A DNA stretch of 64,000 nucleotides from Octopus sinensis (GCF_006345805.1 NC_043014.1:35960001-36024000); one strand, 5' to 3'; shown: positions 14,041-27,999, counted from the stretch's first letter. The notes: a model not told the origin generated them from the sequence alone. Translations and numbers: made by a program.

Positions 14041-14071
<31 letters not shown>

Positions 14072-14189
14072 GTTTTTTTTAATTTTATTTCATCTAGTTT
14101 CAGCTCACGAACTGTGGCCATGCAAGGGCACTGCCATTTCGTGTTGCTACATAATTTTACTTCATGAATGCTTTTTAGCAATTGACATT

Positions 14190-14520
14190 TGGTGCATGAG
14201 AGTTTGATGCAGATGCCCTCATCTGCACCTCCTGCCATGAAGTTAGTTCATCTGGGACACGTGACAGGAAGAGGTCCAGCTTTATTTTTAAGACACCTAC
14301 ATCCACCCCATGCAGGTCTCTCAGGTCCTTCGGGAGGATATTGAAGAGTTGTGAACCTCTGAAGCCCAGGCTATTGCAGTATCTTGTCCTACATCTTGAT
14401 GGCAAATTTGGAGTCCTTGGCACTATGCAGTGGCGCCCAGTTCTAGTATTTGTGTAACTCTCGATGCCAAAGTTTGGGACAGGATCTTCCAGATGTATAT
14501 TATGGCATATCTTTCTCACC
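14190..14520 (-). mobile_element. CR1/L2-like LINE ORF2 C-terminal remnant
   Basis: VPNFGI..RTGRHC..NSLGFRGSQLFNILPKDLRDL..KIKLDLFLSRVPDE..RASASNS. Confidence 0.7.
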
Positions 14521-15104
14521 TGTATATATACATGTATATGTGTGTGTATATATATACACATATAAATACATGTGTGTGTATTTCTGCATGTGCATGAGTG
14601 TGTGTTTGCCTCTCGTGCAAAAATAGGGTGAATGTTAAGTCAGCCATGCAAATCATCAGCATGCCCTACTGTTTCCATTCTGTCTCAGCAATGTCTAATT
14701 GTCTGAGACAAATGGAAAGCAACTATATTAACAAGTCCTTCATGCACTTATTCAGTGTCTGACATGCTGAATTGAGGATTTATGAAGAACAGCAGTTATC
14801 ATGTGCAGGACATATACTCATTGCAACTGAATGCATCATGAAGATCATGATGCTACCTTCTCTTCACAAGAAAAAGCAGGTGGCAAGACTGAAATCACTT
14901 TTAATTTGAGAAATACCTTCAAGTTTTTCATGTATAACTTAAAGCAGGTTAAGATGGATATTAGAATCATATGGTCTAGAGTTCACTCCCACTGCATGGG
15001 TATTGCCAGCTGGTGTCTTCTTGTACTATAGCCACAGACTAACCAATACCTTGTGAATGAAGCTCATAAATAGAAACTGTTAGAAGTCGTGTGTGTGTGT
15101 GTGC

Positions 15105-15682
15105 ATAGTCATGCACATGCATGACCTTCGCTCTTTAGGTCTCACTGAGGAAATGAACAGCGTCCAAGACCTTTGGAAGTATGCTGTGCATGAGAAGACC
15201 CGGCAGGACAAGTGAGGCCATAACCCGTGTCCTCTACCTGAGACATAGTCAGTCCACCTGTGCATACCTTCCTTCTTGGGGCACAAAACTCTACTTGTGA
15301 AGACCAGTTGAGGCAAGTGAAAATCGAAATCGATCAACATCAATGGAATTTGTAGTTGTGATACCAGTGCCGGTGGCACGTAAGAGAACCATCCGAACGT
15401 GACCGTAGCCAGCGCTGCATTGACTGGCCTCCCTGCCGGTGGCACGTAAAAAGCACCATCTGAGCATGGCCGTTCGCCAGCTTCGTCTGGCACCTGTGTT
15501 GGTGGCACATAAAAAGCACCCACTACACTCATGGAGTGGTTGGCGTTAGGAAGGGCATCCAGCTGTAGAAACACTGCCAGATCTGACAGGGCCTGGTGCA
15601 GCCTTTGGGCTTCCCAGATCCCAGTTGAACTGTCCAGCCCATGCTAGCATGGAAAGCGGACGTTAAACGATGATGATGATGT
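15105..15682 (+). mobile_element. 5'-truncated RTE LINE 3' end (ORF end plus 3' UTR)
   Basis: HDLRSLGLTEEMNSVQDLWKYAVHEKTRQDK*, then ggtggcacgtaaaaagcacc subrepeats and a (GAT)n tail. Confidence 0.8.
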
Positions 15683-16088
15683 TTCTCTTACTCTTGCCTT
15701 GACATATGCATGCTAACTGAAAATGCAGTTACCATTCATACAAAAGAGGTCATTGTATACAAACTTCTGCAAAGCCATATCTGGTCATTGAGACTTCTTT
15801 GGAAATAGGAAGCAAAAGAACATCCAGCGGAAGAAGAAAAACCGACTCTTACCCAAGGTAGCATGGAAGGTAGATGTTATATGATGATGATATATATATG
15901 TATATATTTTCAGAAGTCAAACACATATACTACTAAAAAAAAAAAATGAAAGGGAAAAAGACACAGATAGTTAAGTTGAGAAACTTATACTAAATACAGA
16001 CGAATGGAGAACAAACACAGGTCACCAACCCCACACCAATTATTGGCCAGGGGGGTCAGTGCAATCTCATGTCATTATTGAAAGATCA

Positions 16089-16392
16089 ATCAAAATCGAA
16101 ATCGATCAACATCAATGGAAATTGTAGCTGTGATACCAGTGCCGGTGGTGCGTAAGACAACCATCTGAATGTGGCTGTTGCCAGCGCCGCCCCATTTGCC
16201 AGCCTCGCCTGGCACGTAAAAAGCACCCACTACACTCAGGGAGTGGTTGACGTTAGGAAGGGCATCCAGCCCTAGAAACATTGCCAGATCAGACTGGGCC
16301 TGGTGCAGCCTTTTGACTTCCCAGACCCCAGTTGAATCGTCCAACCCATGCTAGCATGGAAAGCGGACGCTAAACGATGATGATGATGATTG
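16089..16392 (+). mobile_element. RTE LINE 3'-UTR fragment
   Basis: Same 3' UTR and tail as 15105-15682. Confidence 0.75.
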
Positions 16393-16807
16393 ATAATATT
16401 ACTTCCACTCTGGAGGCAACCAGCAAGAGAACTTACTGGAAATATGACCAAAGCATAAGAAAACAAAACGAGACGGACAAACAAGGATGAACAAGGAATA
16501 TGGTATTGAATATAAGAAAATAGATAAGTAATTTGAGTTGAGCCTATTAGTGGACAGACGAGGGACAAAAATACAAAAATAAAAAATAATAACAAAACAT
16601 ATACAAAAAAAAAATAATAATACACATATACATCAAAAAAGCCATGGGTTGGCTTTATATATATATAAAGAAAGTTATTAACTCTTTAATACTATTAAAT
16701 ATTCAGCTATATAGAAAATAAATAGGCTTTGGTAATTTTTTGGAATTTCTTTTATTTTATTTAGAAAGATTGAATTTACGTGGTCCTGAACTGTAGAGTG
16801 AACAACT

Positions 16808-17034
16808 TTAACCCTTTTAATACCAATTCACTTGAAACAGCCTTTGGTTAAGTCACAAATTTCCTCTTTTAAAGACAAGGAAATTAAATCTTCCTTCAAA
16901 ATTTCACTGTCATTTATGATCGAAATACCAGGTTAATAATGACAGATATATTTTACAAACTACTTCATTTCTTTCATAATTTATTGAAACAAAGGCAGCG
17001 TATTTCAACATAAATATGGTAATGGAAGGGTTAA
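16808..17034. mobile_element. piggyBac-like MITE (family 2-related)
   Basis: TTAA-CCCTTTT...AAGGG-TTAA, similar length. Confidence 0.6.
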
Positions 17035-17609
17035 CAGGAACAACATAGAAACATTAAAAAAAATATATCACAGTAGAAGATAGTTCTTTTAAAAAAATAT
17101 AAAATATACATTTTTATTAACCTTTTAACACCGAAATTATCAATATGCAGAAAAAATATGTCTTTTTCAAAATGATTTAAATGAAAGAAATATGTACATT
17201 GTAAAAAAAATTCAATTCTAACTAATTGTAAAAAAAATTAAATCCTAACTAATACATATACACATATTTGAATATAGACATACACAAACACATATGCATA
17301 CACATGAACCTATATATGTAAATGTATATATTATTCAAAAGTCAATAGCTCTGCACTGAATGCAATATACTATAATTGGCTGCCATTCTTTTTCAGTAAA
17401 ATCTTAGTACTTGAAAGGTCAAAAATGATTCATAATTACAATTCCAGGGTTTCAAAAATGAATAATTGAATCACCGTTCATTGTTAATCTGTATGGGATT
17501 GGTAGAAGTAAAAAAAAAAAACAACATAATAATAAATAAAAGGAACACATTACATATACACACATATATATATGTGTAAAAACAGCATTCAAGCGTGATC
17601 ATTACCTGC

Positions 17610-17962
17610 GTCGCTTTACTAGCACTTGTGCTGGTGGCATGTGAAAAAAAAACAACATTTGAGTGAGGTCATTGCCAGTGTCGTCGGACTGGCTCTTGTG
17701 CAGATGGCACATAAAAAGCACCATTTGAATGTGGCCAGTGCCAGTACCACCTAACTGGCCCTCATGCCGGTGGCACATAAAAGCACCCACTACACTCTCT
17801 GATAGTTGGCATTAGGAAGGGCATCCAGCTATATAGAAACTCTGCCAGATCAGATTGGAGTCTGGTGCAGCCATCTGGTTCGCCAGACCTCAGTCAAATT
17901 GTCCAACCCATGCTAGCATGGAAAGCGGACGTTAAACGACAACGATGATGATGATGATGATA
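17610..17962 (+). mobile_element. RTE LINE 3'-UTR fragment
   Basis: Same tail ending gcggacgttaaacgac...gatgatgat. Confidence 0.75.
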
Positions 17963-18199
17963 TGTAAGCCACATAGTACATACAAACATGACAAATTTGA
18001 CCATTTCTCCATGGATTGAAAGATTGATGAACAGCCTTAATTGATTTTCAACTCTTATTAGAGTCTCATCAGAGATGTCTACATCAATTGACCAATCCCA
18101 ATGGAAGAAGTAGCTAATCCATTTTATATGTACAACAAATCAGGAAGCTTTAGAGAACTATGGTTACAAATTTGCATGCTAAAGTGTTTAACACTTTAT

Positions 18200-18427
18200 T
18201 TAACTCTTTTGTGTTCAGATTACTCTGTTAAATGTAATACCTTTTCACTCAAGTTGTTTTGAATTAATCATGCATTAGCTTATAGCTTTGAAGTTTCAAT
18301 GATGTGTTTGTTTATTTTTAGAATGTCAGTGTAGGTTTGGTGTGAGAGGCTGGATATGGCCAGTTTGAATATAAAACTTGTAGAATATTTGGGCCAGATA
18401 TGGCCGGTTTAAACACTAAAGGGTTAA
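18200..18427. mobile_element. piggyBac-like MITE family 1 copy
   Basis: ttaactcttt...aaagggttaa; reverse-orientation homolog of 43107-43333. Confidence 0.7.
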
Positions 18428-18589
18428 TATCACTATCCTCTATACACACACACACGAATTTACAAATAAACAGATAAATATGTCAAGTGATTACAATATT
18501 TGGAAGAAAATGGCAAGTAGTTACAATATTTGACATTTGGTGCAGAATTATTGACATCTGAATAGTACATATACATGTATGTCAGTTCA

Positions 18590-18599
18590 TATTAGTGCT

Positions 18600-18631
<32 letters not shown>

Positions 18632-18704
18632 TATATATGTATACATATATACACATATACATATATACACATATACATATATATATATGTATATATATAT
18701 ACAC

Positions 18705-18736
<32 letters not shown>

Positions 18737-19293
18737 ACATATATATATATATATATTACACATACATATATATACATATATACATATACACATATAACAT
18801 ATATACATATATATACATATATACATATATACATATATATACATATATACATATAACATATACACATATACATATATATACATATACATATATATACATA
18901 TATATACATATATACATACATTACATATATTATACATATACATATACACATATACATATACATATATACATATACATATACACATATACATATATATACA
19001 TATATACATATATATACATATACACATATACATATATATACATATACACATATATATACATATACACATATATATATATACATATACACATATATATATA
19101 CATATACATATATATATACATATACATATATATATACAGATACATATATATATACATATACACATATACATATATATATATACACATATACACATATACA
19201 TATATATATACACATATACATATATATATACACATATACATATATATATACACATATACATATATATATACACATATACATATATATATACAC

Positions 19294-19325
<32 letters not shown>

Positions 19326-19810
19326 ACATATATATAATATATATACACATATACATATATATATATACACATATACACATATACATATATACATATACAC
19401 ATATACATATATATATATACACATATACATATATATATATACATATACACATATATATATACATATACACATATATATATACATATACACATATACATAT
19501 ATATATATATACATATACACATATATATATATACATATACACATATACATATATATATATACATATACACATATACATATATATATATATATATACATGT
19601 ACACATATACATATATATATATATATATATACATATACACATATACATATATATATACATATACACATATACATATATATATACATATACACATATACAT
19701 ATATATATATATACATATACACATATACATATATACACAATTACACATAGACATATACATATACACATATATATACATATATACATACATAAATAAATAT
19801 ATATATATAG
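18590..19810. repeat. Compound (TA)n/(CATA)n/(CA) microsatellite array
   Basis: Direct inspection. Confidence 0.95.
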
Positions 19811-20159
19811 GAAGTGTGGTTTATACGTATATTTAAAGCTGATACTTCCAGCATGACTCAGAATCAAGTTTCTGTTTTCTCGCCCAAAACTAAGAAGCAG
19901 CAGCGGAAGGAAAAAAAATATGCTTGAAATAAATTAATGCATAACAATTACTGCTTTCTTCCAAAATTGCTAAGAAAATACTAAACTAAAATTTCTATCT
20001 CAGTTATTTTGGAAAATAAAAAATTTAAAGCCAAGCATTTATGAGGCTAAGTGAAGACAAGCTTAAAAAAAATGCAAGACTCAAAAAAATTCAACCAGAA
20101 AAATGAATTCTATGTACATAATAAAAAATGTGTGAACGTAAACACAGACACAACACATT

Positions 20160-20357
20160 TTCTTTATATATATACATACATATACATATATATATACACA
20201 TACATATACATACATATATACACATACATATACATGTATATATACACATACATATACATGTATATATACACATACATATACATGTATATATACACATACA
20301 TATATATACACACATACATATATATACACACATACATATATATACACACATACATAT

Positions 20358-20391
<34 letters not shown>

Positions 20392-21300
20392 TCACATACA
20401 TATATATATATATATTCACATACATATATATTCACATACATATATATATATATATCTACACATACATATATATATTCACATACATATATATATATATATC
20501 TACACATACATATATATATTCACATACATATATATAAATATATATACACATACATATATATATCTACACATACATATATATATTCACATACATATATATA
20601 AATATATATACACATACATATATATATCTACACATACATATATATAAATATATCTACACACACACATACTTATATACATATATATACACATACATATATA
20701 TACACACATATACATATATTTATATACATATATATATATATATACAGATATTTATATACATATATATATATATATACAGATATTTATATACATACATATA
20801 TATATATATATATACAGATATTTATATACATACATACATATATATATATATACAGATATTTATATACATACATATATATATATATATACAGATATTTATA
20901 TACATACATACATATATATATATATACAGATATTTATATACATACATACATATATATATATATATACAGATATTTATATACATACATACATATATATATA
21001 TATACAGATATTTATATACATACATACATATATATATATATACAGATATTTATATACATACATACATATATATATATATAGATATATATATATATACACA
21101 TATATATATAATATATACAGATATTTATATACATACATACATATATATATATATACAGATATTTATATACATACATACATATATATATATACAGATATTT
21201 ATATACATACATACATATATATTATATATACAGATATTTATATACATACATATATATAGATATATATATATATACAGATACTTATATACATACATATATA
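20160..21300. repeat. Compound TA array with higher-order ~30-36-bp units (tatatacagatatttatatacatacata..)
   Basis: Direct inspection. Confidence 0.95.
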
Positions 21301-21607
21301 TAGATAAAACTTACTTGGAAGAAGATGTGTGGCTTTCATATAATAATATGAAGAATATATGAGTGTGTGTGTATATATATATAATATATATATATATACA
21401 CACACATATATAAATATAAGTATATAAACATATGTATATGTACATACATCTATATGGGCATAGGACATCACAAAACGTGTACAACAAAAAATATGAAGCA
21501 CGAGTACATGGAATATGAACCATTTTTTTCGAACAAAAGAGACAAATGGAAAACAAGACAAACACATGCCAAATGTCCGTTCTTTATGTTGTTTGTCTTG
21601 TTTCCAC

Positions 21608-21659
<52 letters not shown>

Positions 21660-21730
21660 AATACATATATATACTTACAATACATATATACACATACAAT
21701 ATATATATATAAATACAATACATATATATA

Positions 21731-21911
21731 TCCCTCTCTCTCTCTTTCGGAGAGGCACAAGCGCCTACACGCACATATACACACACGGCAGTAACTTCCG
21801 CCTGCCGAATTCAATCACAAAGCTTCGGTCAGCTCGGGGCTATAGCGGAAGACACCTACTCAAAGTGCCACGCAGTGGGACTGAACCCGAAACCATGTAG
21901 CTAGGAAGCAA
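21731..21911 (-). mobile_element. SINE with family-A head and a different short tail (also 23521-23711 and partial 11794-11895)
   Basis: Shared head (gtggttagg..ggttcagtcccactgcgtggcac), tail ending gcctctccgaaagagagagagggata(ta)n. Confidence 0.7.
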
Positions 21912-21969
21912 CTCCCTAACCACACAGCCATGCCTGTGCCTACATATATATACATACATGTATTGTATG

Positions 21970-22010
<41 letters not shown>

Positions 22011-22070
22011 TCATCATCATCGTTTAGCATGGAAAACGGACGCTAAACGATGATGATGATGATATATATG

Positions 22071-22148
<78 letters not shown>

Positions 22149-23378
22149 CAATACATGTATGTATACATATACATTCATACAAGGCTGTTTATGGATGACC
22201 AGCAGTTGCCCATGTATACATGGCACCAGAGACACTACAACTCATTTCTACTGCTGAATGAAATGGAGCAACGTGAAGTGAAGTGTCTTGTTGAAGAACC
22301 CAACACACAGCGGTATCGAGGAATCAAATTCAGTACCTCATGACTGTAAGCCTGACACTTTAACCACTGAGCCATATGCTTACACACGCACACATTTTCA
22401 TATTTGTAAAGGAGAAGAGATTTTTCTATTACATGATTGACAGTCAGGCTTTCTCCAGCAATGCTAAACATCATTGATACTGCAAGAAAATGTCTGGGTG
22501 GATTATTTTGGTTACATCAAATAAGGCTTTTGCAAAAGCACACACACAGTATGAAAATATATGCACATTTCTAAAGTTTACTATTTTGAGTTGACTGTTT
22601 GTAATCCTTTATCTTTTACTTGTTTCAGTCATTGGACTACAGCCATGTGTAGGACACTGCTCTTCTAGTCTTGTGGTTCTCAACCATTTTTTGCCTTTGA
22701 ACCCCTTTGATTCACATTTTACTTAGATAGCTCATCATGGCCATTCAATGCTTTAAAAAAATCTTCTATTTCTATACTTAAATTTTATAAGGAATTATAT
22801 TTAGTCTTGTTTGAACATAGAACAGGTGAAATGTTTTGGCTGGATATGGCTGGTTTAAGTGTTAAAAGATTAAAATATTTTGTGTACCATAGAAGCATAA
22901 TCAATTTATTGCACATAAATTTTAACAATAAAATCTTATATGGACTGCTGCCCCACCACAAGGGCCATATGAAATCCAGTTGAGAATCACTGGTCTAGTC
23001 AAACAATCCAAGTACTTATTCTTTCAATCTCTTCTGCTGAACCAACAAGTTACTAATATGGCACCGGTATCTGCAACAACCGTTATTCTGCTTGGCTTGA
23101 TATGACTTTTTCTAAAGCATGACATAATGCCAAAGTTCTCAGTCATTGCCTCTGTGAAGCCCAACACTCGAAAGGAACTCAGCCACTTTGCCTGTGAGGC
23201 CCAATATATATATATATATATATACAAATTATATACGTTTTTATTATTATTATTTTGCAATTTACTTAATCATTGACATTTTATTGTTATTTTAATTTCA
23301 ATATTTCTTTTATATGTAATTTTCTAGATGGTGTAATTTAATTGTTCATTTTGAATTGATAGGTGGTTTTTTTTTCTA

Positions 23379-23417
<39 letters not shown>

Positions 23418-23476
23418 TGTGTGAAATTTGATTTAGTTTTTTTCCTTGTAAGTTTGGATTTTATTCCCTCAAATAA

Positions 23477-23525
<49 letters not shown>

Positions 23526-23740
23526 CTCTCTCTTTCGGAGAGGCACTGAGCAGCTATACGCACACATACACACACAGCAGTAACTTCCGCCTACCGAATT
23601 CAATCACAAAGCTCCGGTCGGCTTGGTGCTATAGTAGAAGACACCTGCCCAAAGTGCCACGCAGTGGGACTGAACCCGAAACCATGTAGTTAGGAAGCAA
23701 GCTCCCTAACCACACAGCCATGCCCGCGCCTACAGAAATG

Positions 23741-23800
<60 letters not shown>

Positions 23801-23814
23801 TGTGTGTGTGTGAT

Positions 23815-24165
23815 GCAGATGTGACTGTGTGGTTATGAATTTTGATATCTAACCATATGGTTTTAGTTTCAGTCCCACTACTACTACAGATCAAAGATAT
23901 GTGAGTGGATTTGGTAGACAAACTGAAAGAAGTTTGCTGAGTGCAGTGTGCACATACCTCCTTATTTCAACATTGCATGATGTTTGCAAATGAGTATTGC
24001 TGTCATACAAGTAGTGTCATTCGTTTCCAATATCCAGCGGAAATATGTCTGGCCATAGGAAGATACGTTGCTTGGAAACGTTCATCAGTGACATGAACAA
24101 CATCTGACATGAACAACTCTGTCTGGTCCATGCAAGCATGGAAAAGTAGATTTTAAAATGGTGAT
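23815..24165 (+). mobile_element. SINE with family-A head and RTE-type 3' tail (also about 30400-30655)
   Basis: Head ..ttcagtcccact..gtgagtggatttggtagac, tail ..ccatgcaagcatggaaaagt(g/a)ga..ttaaa..gatg. Confidence 0.6.
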
Positions 24166-24649
24166 ATACACACACATATACATACATATATACACATACA
24201 TAAATGAATAAATACATATATATGCATACATATACATAAATATACAGGCATACATATACATACATAAATGATGATGATATATATGCATACACACGCATGT
24301 TCATTTTCTATGCTAGCATAGTTTGGACTGGAACCTATTTGAGGCAGGATGCTTAAATTGATCCCTGTTTTTCCAAGTGCAGAATAACTTTTCCTTTTAT
24401 TTTATAGATCGTTGAGTGCACAGAGTAAGCAGTCATAATGCTTAGACATTTTAACACTGAGTCCCTGATCCACTGACAAGCAAAGTTATGACACGATAAG
24501 ATCAACACACACAATCGAATACATATATACAGTGATACACATGGTAGGTTTCCATACAGTTTTTAGGAATCAAATTCACGCACTAGACATGATTAGGCCT
24601 AAAGCTATGCAAGGTGTTGTGGTAGCTATGTATAACATGAAGTGTATAA

Positions 24650-25200
24650 ATAATGTTACATGTATTTATGCATGGCAAGTCACTGGTAGTGCTACTGGCA
24701 ACCCAGTAAACCCTGCTGCATGGTCAGGCCTTTGACAACCTACCAAACTTGCTTGGTAAAGAGGGTGGTTTGCATAGGGCATCTTGCAGGATGAAAAACA
24801 GGAACAATGAATGGATGGATGAACTTAGTACAACAGCTGGACATTAGAGAGCCACTAGTTTTTGTTTAGATATTTCTCATGGATAAGGAAAACTTTGATA
24901 TAACACCTGCAACTCTGCATCCAATGATGTAGACAAGTTCTTTTTGGGGCAATGGATATGTTAAGAGAGTGGAACTGACCCTATGAAGTCCTTTCCTAAC
25001 TTTAAAAAGCTACAGACAGAGGCATGTTGTGTAATATGGTAGACCATAGTTAACAATGAAAGAGTCCATGATGGGATGAAGGTGTGTGTAAGACTGGATG
25101 GTAAGCTCTCTGAACACCTGCTGCAAGAGGTGCCCACCATTACCACACCTATGCAAAAGTGTGTTGGTCCCTAGCAGGACTGAAAAGGCACATCTGTGTA
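24650..25200 (+). mobile_element. Decayed LINE 3' end with C-terminal zinc-knuckle remnant (related fragment about 35860-36045)
   Basis: AKVCWSLAGLKRHI, resembling the C..S.AGL.SH ending of RTE-type ORFs. Confidence 0.55.
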
Positions 25201-25508
25201 GCTTGTATTTAACCCTTTAGCATTCAAATTACTCTGTTGAATGTAAAGCTTATTTGTTTACAATATTTTGAATTAATCTTGCATAATCTTGCAGCTTCAA
25301 GTTGGTGGGTTAATGTCACCGTAACCTAATGGGTTGGCAAAAGCGACCGACAGAATAAGTACTAGGCCTTAGAAAAATAAGTCTTGTGGGGTAGACTTGT
25401 TCTACTAAAACACCTTTCAAGGTAGTGTGCCAGCATAGCCACAGTCAAATGACTGAAACAAAGTATATATACATACACAAATACACATATGCATACATAC
25501 ATATATAT

Positions 25509-25552
<44 letters not shown>

Positions 25553-25554
<2 letters not shown>

Positions 25555-25848
25555 CGGAGATGTACTTGCATAGCAAGTGATTTGATCTGAGATCATGTGC
25601 TGAAACGAAAGCAATTGCAGTGTGGAAGGTGTTTGTAAGCCATTTAAGAAACACACAAAAGCCGTTCGATTCACTTCAACATTTAAGTTTAATTCATCTG
25701 AGATGCAGCACGGATTTTTGTCAGTGAACAGGTCGTGATCTTAAAGCGACGAAAATATTTTGACAAATTAAACTTAAATGTTGAAGTGAATCGAATGGCT
25801 TTTGTGTGTTTCTTAAATGGCTTACAAACACCTTCCACACTGCAATTG
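25553..25848. mobile_element. (TA)n-flanked fold-back element (Penelope pseudo-LTR-like) containing the G3:C8 hammerhead
   Basis: 83-bp inverted repeat 25612-25694 / 25766-25848 (one mismatch) around the ribozyme-like spacer, with TA runs on both sides. Confidence 0.7.
25717..25767 (+). ncRNA. Minimal type-I hammerhead-ribozyme-like motif with G3:C8 core variant
   Basis: Stem I UUUGUCA/UGACAAA; core GUGAACA plus one extra G; stem II GUCGU/GCGAC; GAAA; palindromic stem III AAUAUU; H17=U. Confidence 0.6.
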
Positions 25849-25850
25849 TT

Positions 25851-25900
<50 letters not shown>

Positions 25901-27031
25901 TACATACACACATACATCCATTTACAATAAAAAAAACATAGAACTTAAAGTGCGTTTGTGACAGCATGAGTGCCCCATATGTGCATGTATGCACTCACCC
26001 ACACAGACTGACTGTCAGTCCTATGCCTGCTTCTTGTCATCCCTAGACATGCATACAACCATCTCCATAAGAAACTTTCTTCAGTAGCAGAAGCATCACT
26101 AAATGAAATAAACTGAAAACACATTTAATAAAAAGTTTGTGTGTTTGTGTGTGAATGTGTGTTTGTAAAAAGAAAGAAAAAAAAAAAACAGATTTAAAAG
26201 AGCTTCAAAGTCCATAAAATATTTTCCACTTTTAATTTTCAAAATTGTTTATTCTTTAAAAAAATTATTGTATTCATTCTTTACAGTCTTTACAGGCATT
26301 CAGATTACCATGTTTAATGTAATGCTTTATTTAATCACATTGTTTTGAATTAATCATGCATTATCTCATACCGTAAAGATGTTCATGATGTGATTGCTTA
26401 TTTTTAGAATGACATAATGGTGAGGGCGTGAGAAGACAGATCTGGATAGTTTTAACATAAAACAGGTACAATACTTGGGCGAGAATATTTATAGCCAGTT
26501 TATATGCTAAAAGATTAAAACTTTCAACATTGAAAAGTGGTAAAAATTTGACCAAGTTTACTCCCTAAATCTACCCTTAATATATATACTTGTTTAGAAA
26601 CTTTTTTTTTAATGGTTGCCATTCAGAGAAAGTGGAAATAAACCTCCATATTTACAATAACTATAACAGCAAGAGAGCTTTCTTCTCTTTTCTCTAATAT
26701 TTTGATAACTGAACACAGCTATGCATTAATTATGCCATGACCCCTAAACCATTCAAGGACGATCAGCTGTAAATGTGGATTTCAATGATATATTAGACAC
26801 ACACACACATACATAAATATACATACATATGCATACATATACATACATATGTATACATGTGCATATATACACACATATATACATATTTATATACACATAT
26901 ATACACACACATATTTTACTCTTACTTGTATCAATAATTTGACTGACCATGCTGGAGCACCACATTATACATATATATACATATACATACACATAAATAT
27001 ATATACACACACACACACATGTGTGTGTGTA

Positions 27032-27064
<33 letters not shown>

Positions 27065-27216
27065 ACATAGAGGTTATGAGAGATAACGGTGTCAATAAGA
27101 CCCAAAGGTGTCAGGTAATGCTGAGTGAGTGCTATGGAAAGACAATAGTTAAGCTCCAGGTTCGGTGATTATGCGAATGAGGTGTCCAACGTAGGTCATA
27201 TGTCAGTATGTGTATA

Positions 27217-27393
27217 TATAAAAATTTTCAGAATGAGATAAAAATCCCAGACTGAAAGATTTTAGAAGATTTATAAATAGGTCTTGAAGGGATATATAAA
27301 ATATCCCAGAAACAGCTGTAAGATCTTTTATTTATAAATGTTCTTATATCTTTCACAGCCTTGGATTTTTACCTCATTCTGAAAATTTTTATA
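27217..27393. mobile_element. (TA)-flanked fold-back element with decayed hammerhead in the spacer
   Basis: Imperfect inverted arms of about 63 bp, 27217-27279 / 27329-27393. Confidence 0.6.
27280..27325 (+). ncRNA. Degenerate hammerhead-like motif
   Basis: ggtct-tgaa-GGGATAT ataaa ATATCCC-a-GAAA-CAGCTG-TA-agatc. Stem II, GAAA, palindromic stem III (ACAGCTGT), GUA triplet and stem I are present, but the 5' core is incomplete. Confidence 0.45.
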
Positions 27394-27400
27394 CATATAT

Positions 27401-27434
<34 letters not shown>

Positions 27435-27999
27435 TTGAATAGTTTGGCAGGAGCTGTCCAATGGAAGACTGCACCAGACTTCTGTTTGTCTTGGCATGGT
27501 TTTTATGGCTGGATGCCCTTCCTAACACCAACCATATAGAGTGGTCAAAGTGCTTTTTTAGGTGGCTCCAGCACAACCGAAGTCAGTTTTTGGTATGGTT
27601 TTTACAGCTGGATTCCCTTCCAAATGCCAAACCACATTACTGGATACTTCTTAAGTGGCACCTACATTGACAGGGTCACCAAGTAACTTTTCAAGACAAG
27701 GAATCTTTGAGAGAGGAGGGGGCATGGGAAGAGGTGATCTTGTGTCAGATGATGAAACATTAAACACAAAAATAGATGTCTTGCTGTAGAGGAGGTATGT
27801 GGTTACCTGGCCAAGGAGGGAGATGGAAAGAGAGTTAACAAGAATGAAGACAGAGAAATATGCTGCTATGAAGGAGATACCTAGTTACCCAGTCAGATAA
27901 ACAAACAAGAGGAGAAAGAGTGGGAGACATGAAGAGAGCTGGAGAGAAATGCCAGTGAAGTGCCAGGGTATACTGAAAGGAATGGGGATCAAGGCATAT

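Noticed and set aside
15360-15520. ggtggcacgtaaaaagcacc subrepeats with spacers as a CRISPR-like array
   Set aside because: Internal repeats of an RTE LINE 3' UTR in eukaryotic DNA, with irregular spacing and no cas genes.
18579-19867. Long ORFs (286-422 aa) of Y/I/M/C/V/H/T
   Set aside because: Stop-free by-products of (TA)n/(CA)n arrays. The same applies to ORFs at 20051-21200 and 44084-45693 and to many short YIYI ORFs.
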